Source: a virus. From it: a stretch of 45,370 nt of DNA. The DNA lies in IMG/VR virus record IMGVR_UViG_3300045988_070668, positions 1 to 45,370 of that record, one strand, 5' to 3'. Position 1 is the first letter of the stretch. The number at the start of each line of letters is the position of its first letter. The notes below the pieces were generated by a model. The model saw nothing but the letters and a program-made list of their open reading frames with translations. It ran no database searches and was not told where the DNA came from. A program made the translations under genes and the position numbers. This document shows, piece after piece, positions 42,035 to 45,370 of this stretch.

Positions 42035-42106
42035 GGGAAATAGCTCAGTAGGTAGAGCGGCGGCCTTATAAGCCGCGTGCCAGAGGTTCGATTCCTCTTT
42101 TCCCAA
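42034..42106 (+). tRNA. tRNA with anticodon UAU (Ile, reads AUA)
   Basis: Manual cloverleaf. Acceptor TGGGAAA/TTTCCCA. D-arm GCTC-agtaggta-GAGC. Anticodon arm GCGGC-cTTATaa-GCCGC. Variable loop gtgcc. T-arm AGAGG-ttcgatt-CCTCT. No CCA is encoded. Confidence 0.8.
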
Positions 42107-42184
42107 CTACCTCGCCCGTGGTTTATCGGGCTTAATCCATACCGCTGACGGGCGGTTAATTAATCACGTTTAGGAGGATAAAGA

Positions 42185-42826
42185 ATGCAGAATATTGAAG
42201 CAATTTTGACAGAACTGGGAATCGAGGTTCCAGCAGACAAGAAGGAAAACCTTACAAAAAAGGTGGCAGAGAATTACATCACGAAAGCTGAACATGAAAA
42301 GAAGCTGGGAAAGGTTGAGACCGACCGGGACACCTGGAAGGAGAAGGCCGAGACGGCAGAAACCACTCTGAAAGGCTTTGAAGGTGTTGACCTCGACACT
42401 ATGCAGAAGGAACTGTCTGACTGGAAAAAGAAGGCCGAGGATGCCGAGAAGGATGCACAAGCTAAGCTGTATGAAAGGGATTTTGCGGACGCTCTGAAAA
42501 CAGAGTTTGAAGGAATCAAATTTTCCAGTGAGGCAGCGAAAAGAGCCATCATGACGGAGGTCAAGGATGCTGGGCTGAAACTGAAGGATGGAAAGATTCT
42601 CGGACTGAATGACCTTATTGCCCAGATGAAGGAAAAGGATGCTTCGGCGTTTGTCGATGACGAGCAGATCAAGGCCCAGCAGAATGCAGCGAGATTTACA
42701 CAGCCAATCGGCAAACAGAACCAGGGCGGAAACATGACAAAGGAACAGATCGAAGCGATCAAAGACACCAGCGAGCGCCAGGCGGCTATCGCCAACAATC
42801 TTCATCTGTTCGGAAAAACTGAATAA
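42185..42826 (+). CDS. Scaffolding protein (GP20-like)
   Basis: ILTELGIEVPADKKENLTKKVAENYITKAEHEKKL... is a charged coiled coil. It directly precedes the major capsid gene. Confidence 0.75.
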   Translation: MQNIEAILTELGIEVPADKKENLTKKVAENYITKAEHEKKLGKVETDRDTWKEKAETAETTLKGFEGVDLDTMQKELSDWKKKAEDAEKDAQAKLYERDFADALKTEFEGIKFSSEAAKRAIMTEVKDAGLKLKDGKILGLNDLIAQMKEKDASAFVDDEQIKAQQNAARFTQPIGKQNQGGNMTKEQIEAIKDTSERQAAIANNLHLFGKTE

Positions 42827-42908
42827 TTCAATTCGACACCGGCACGCGATTGGAGCGTGTCGCTAACCTACACACCTTTTAAAAGCTATGGGTAGAAAGG
42901 ACTTTTTT

Positions 42909-43799
42909 ATGCCAGCAAAAGAAAATTTGATTAAAACAGCGGATGTCCAGGTGACCGCCAGAGAGCTGGATTTTGTAACCAGATTCGAGCGCAACTGGCA
43001 GCATCTGCGGGACATTCTGGGGATTATGCGCCCCATTAAAAAGCAGCCCGGCGCGGTGCTTAAGAGCAAATACGCCGAAGGTACACTTGAAAACGGTGCG
43101 GTAGCAGAAGGCGAGGAGATCCCTTACAGCAAATTTACCGTAAAAGAAAAGAAGTACCAGGAAATGACCATCGAGAAGTATGCGAAGGCCGTTTCCATCG
43201 AGGCGATCAAAGACCACGGATATGACAACGCCGTCCAGATGACCGACGACGAATTCCTGTATCAGCTCCAGGCGGGCGTGACGAAGAAGTTTTATGACTA
43301 TCTGAAAACCGGAACACTCACCTCCACAGAAACCACCTTCCAGATGGCTCTGGCGATGGCAAAAGGCAAGGTTGAGAACAAGTTTAAGCAGATGCACCGG
43401 AATATTACCGGGGTTGTCGGCTTTGTGAACATCCTTGACGTGTATAAGTACCTGGGTGCTGCGAACATCACGATTCAGAATCAGTTTGGATTCCAGTACC
43501 TTAAGGATTTCATGGGGTTCAACACAATTTTCCTTCTTTCCGACAGCGAGATCCCGGCGGATACGGTGATTGCTACACCGGTGGAAAACATCGTTATGTA
43601 CTACATCGACCCCAACGAGAGCGATTTTGCAAAGGCCGGCCTTGTTTACACCACCAGCGGTGAAACCAATCTGATCGGTTTCCATACGCAGGGCAACTAC
43701 AACACAGCCGTGTCTGAGGCGTTTGCAATCACCGGTCTTGTGCTGTTTGCAGAGTACCTGGATGGTATCGCAAAAATCACCGTAAACGCGGGGGGTTGA
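42909..43799 (+). CDS. Major capsid protein (297 aa from ATG 42909; the track start at 42888 lacks an RBS)
   Basis: Follows the scaffold gene. GAAAGGA lies 8 nt upstream of 42909. The size is typical. Confidence 0.75.
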   Translation: MPAKENLIKTADVQVTARELDFVTRFERNWQHLRDILGIMRPIKKQPGAVLKSKYAEGTLENGAVAEGEEIPYSKFTVKEKKYQEMTIEKYAKAVSIEAIKDHGYDNAVQMTDDEFLYQLQAGVTKKFYDYLKTGTLTSTETTFQMALAMAKGKVENKFKQMHRNITGVVGFVNILDVYKYLGAANITIQNQFGFQYLKDFMGFNTIFLLSDSEIPADTVIATPVENIVMYYIDPNESDFAKAGLVYTTSGETNLIGFHTQGNYNTAVSEAFAITGLVLFAEYLDGIAKITVNAGG

Positions 43800-43886
43800 T
43801 GGCCGCCAGTACACCCCTAAATACTGACGGCGAACCGCTTTCCGGGGAAACAAGACGGAAGAGTAAGAGATAAGGAGGCTGACGGG

Positions 43887-44378
43887 ATGGCATACACCAC
43901 ATTTACATTTTACGAGCAGACCTATCACGGGAATGTCGTCCCGGCGGAGGACTTTGACCGTATCGCAGACCGCGCCAGTGACTTTCTGGACGTTATAACC
44001 TTTGACCGATTGGCTGACGGCTTACCGTCCAACGAAAGGGCGGCGACAAGGGTGCAGAAGGCCGTGTGCGCGGTCTGCGACAAACTATATCAACTGGAGC
44101 TGGCAGATAAACAGGCGATGTCTGCGGCCACTGGAGGGACATCATCTGGCGGGCCCGGTGCTGCGGAGGGAGTAGTGACATCCCGCTCTGCTGGCTCCGA
44201 ATCAATCTCCTATGCCTCACCGTCCGAAATGGCAAACGGCGCGAAAGCATGGAGCACGGTCTACCAGGCGACGGGGGATGCACAGGCAACCAATAAAAAC
44301 CTGGAGGATACGGCAAGGCTGTATTTGACGGGGTTAAGAACCGACGAGGGAGTGTTGCTGCTATATGCAGGATTGTAA
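43887..44378 (+). CDS. Head-tail connector (gp6-like)
   Basis: FTFYEQTYHGNVVPAEDFDRIADRASDFLDVITFDRL is typical of phage head-tail connector / DNA-packaging family proteins. Position after the major capsid gene. Confidence 0.6.
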   Translation: MAYTTFTFYEQTYHGNVVPAEDFDRIADRASDFLDVITFDRLADGLPSNERAATRVQKAVCAVCDKLYQLELADKQAMSAATGGTSSGGPGAAEGVVTSRSAGSESISYASPSEMANGAKAWSTVYQATGDAQATNKNLEDTARLYLTGLRTDEGVLLLYAGL

Positions 44379-44715
44379 AGTGAATATCCTTGGAACCGAA
44401 TATGAAATAAAGTTTGGTAATGAGGAAAAATATCCTTCACTGGAAGGGCTTGACGGATACTGCGATTCCTCGACAAAGGAAATCGTTGTGGACGATATGA
44501 AAAAAAGCGAGGGACAGGTTGGAGCGAAAGGAAATCTGAGGGACTATCAGAAAACCTGTCTCCGGCATGAAATCATTCATGCGTTTATGGAGGAATCCGG
44601 GCTGTCCAGCAACTTTGAACACAAAACAATCGGAATTGAAGAAACCGTGGTGGACTGGTTTGCTATTCAGTCCCCGAAGATTTTCAAAGTATTCAAGGAA
44701 TTGGACTTACTCTGA
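44365..44715 (+). CDS. Small HExxH-motif protein (putative zinc metallopeptidase-like, 116 aa)
   Basis: CLRHEIIHAFMEESG contains an HEIIH motif. Overlaps the end of the connector gene. Confidence 0.4.
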   Translation: MQDCKVNILGTEYEIKFGNEEKYPSLEGLDGYCDSSTKEIVVDDMKKSEGQVGAKGNLRDYQKTCLRHEIIHAFMEESGLSSNFEHKTIGIEETVVDWFAIQSPKIFKVFKELDLL

Positions 44716-44733
44716 TTCCGGAAAGGAAAGTAA

Positions 44734-45048
44734 ATGGAAACATTGTTTGCGAACATGACCACCATTCTGGCGGTTATCGGCGCACTGGCGTTCATGGTGT
44801 CGGTCATTACACAGGTGTTTAAGGGTGTAGGCGTGCTTGCCAAGATCCCGACAGATATCCTGGTGTTTGTCCTGTCCATCGGAATGACAGTGACCGCCTT
44901 TGTGGCGTATATGCAGCACATCCAGCAGACGATTTTGTGGTACATGATCCTGGCGGCGATTCTGGCGGGATTTCTGGTCGCCTTTGTGGCGATGTATGGC
45001 TGGGAGAAATTTGCGGAATTATGGAACCGATTTAAAAAGATGGAGTAG
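44734..45048 (+). CDS. Three-TM membrane protein, holin-like (104 aa)
   Basis: TM segments ILAVIGALAFMVSVI, ILVFVLSIGMTVTAFVAY and WYMILAAILAGFLVAFVAMY, followed by a charged C-tail. It is not adjacent to the endolysin. Confidence 0.45.
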   Translation: METLFANMTTILAVIGALAFMVSVITQVFKGVGVLAKIPTDILVFVLSIGMTVTAFVAYMQHIQQTILWYMILAAILAGFLVAFVAMYGWEKFAELWNRFKKME

Positions 45049-45192
45049 CACATGAACTAGACATACCGTAAATAAAACCGACTGTAATTACAGACGGTTG
45101 CGAATTTATTGACAAAGAAGTATTAACGGGATTTACATAATCGCACCTTGACAACTGAATATTGGCTAGAGCTGAAAAATTTAATTTGCCTA

Positions 45193-45235
45193 TTGACATT
45201 CTTGTACGGACGTGTATAATTATAGATGTACGGAC
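45193..45235 (+). promoter_or_regulatory. Strong promoter of immI-like module 1 with a 9-bp direct repeat straddling the -10
   Basis: TTGACA (45193-98), 16-nt spacer ending in TG, TATAAT (45215-20). TGTACGGAC occurs at 45203-11 and 45227-35. Confidence 0.6.
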
Positions 45236-45370
45236 AAGAATGGAGGTGAAATAAATGTCCCCAAGACCAAAATCAGATAAATCTAAGCACAATAGGTTTG
45301 AGCTTCGCCTTGATGATGAGATGAATGAGTTGTTAGAGGAGTGTTCTGAAAGGCTTCAAACGACAAAAAC
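45230..45370. repeat. Terminal direct repeat, copy 2 (identical to 1-141)
   Basis: See copy 1. Confidence 0.95.
45255..45370 (+). CDS. Duplicate 5' part of the RHH-1 gene (same sequence as 26-141), truncated by the window end
   Basis: Lies inside the terminal overlap. It is not a separate gene. Confidence 0.9.
   Translation, partial: MSPRPKSDKSKHNRFELRLDDEMNELLEECSERLQTTK

Noticed and set aside
42170-43928. Long minus-strand ORFs (42170..42805, 42274..42798, 42879..43928) opposite the scaffold and capsid genes
   Set aside because: These are shadow ORFs of highly expressed + strand genes with clear family signatures. They translate to low-complexity, Leu/Ser/Cys-rich sequence and have no RBS.

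Overview
The window is a complete, circularly closed genome of about 45.2 kb (bases 1-141 are identical to 45230-45370). It looks like a temperate siphovirus-type phage of a low-GC Gram-positive, Clostridia-like host; all family names are recalled from motifs or inferred from position, because no search could be run. Almost all genes are on the + strand. The morphogenesis set resembles the A118/Sfi11 type: terS, terL, HNH, portal, minor capsid (min_cap2/MuF-like), GP20-like scaffold, major capsid, connectors, major tail, Gp15-type chaperone, an 890-aa tape measure and tail tip/fibre genes. There is also an endolysin with CW_binding_1-type repeats. The minus-strand lysogeny block holds a large serine recombinase, a membrane protein and a LexA/CI-type S24 repressor, facing a divergent Cro-like gene. 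The replication/recombination block holds a Rad52-like annealing protein, a NinB-like protein, a replisome organiser with internal iterons and a DnaC-like loader. One canonical tRNA (anticodon UAU) is present. Main points of interest: (1) A roughly 1.1-kb Mu G-segment-like invertible segment (12614-13710) is flanked by 40-bp inverted repeats. Inversion would swap the C-terminal domain of a tail-fibre gene for a silent, oppositely oriented alternative cassette. No small Hin/Gin-type invertase is present; the only recombinase is the large serine recombinase 1.3 kb away. (2) Two paralogous P22 immI-like modules each consist of a strong promoter with a repeat straddling the -10, an RHH gene, a predicted 67-nt antisense RNA with its own consensus promoter and terminator, a small ORF and an antirepressor. 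Both are inserted inside the structural operon. (3) Several autonomous accessory cassettes are present: a LemA plus two-TM membrane-protein pair, a Gly/Cys-rich plus TNF-like three-gene cassette, a fibre-like gene between portal and minor capsid, a gene with a 27-bp x7 tandem repeat, and an RNA locus with tRNA-like minihelices.
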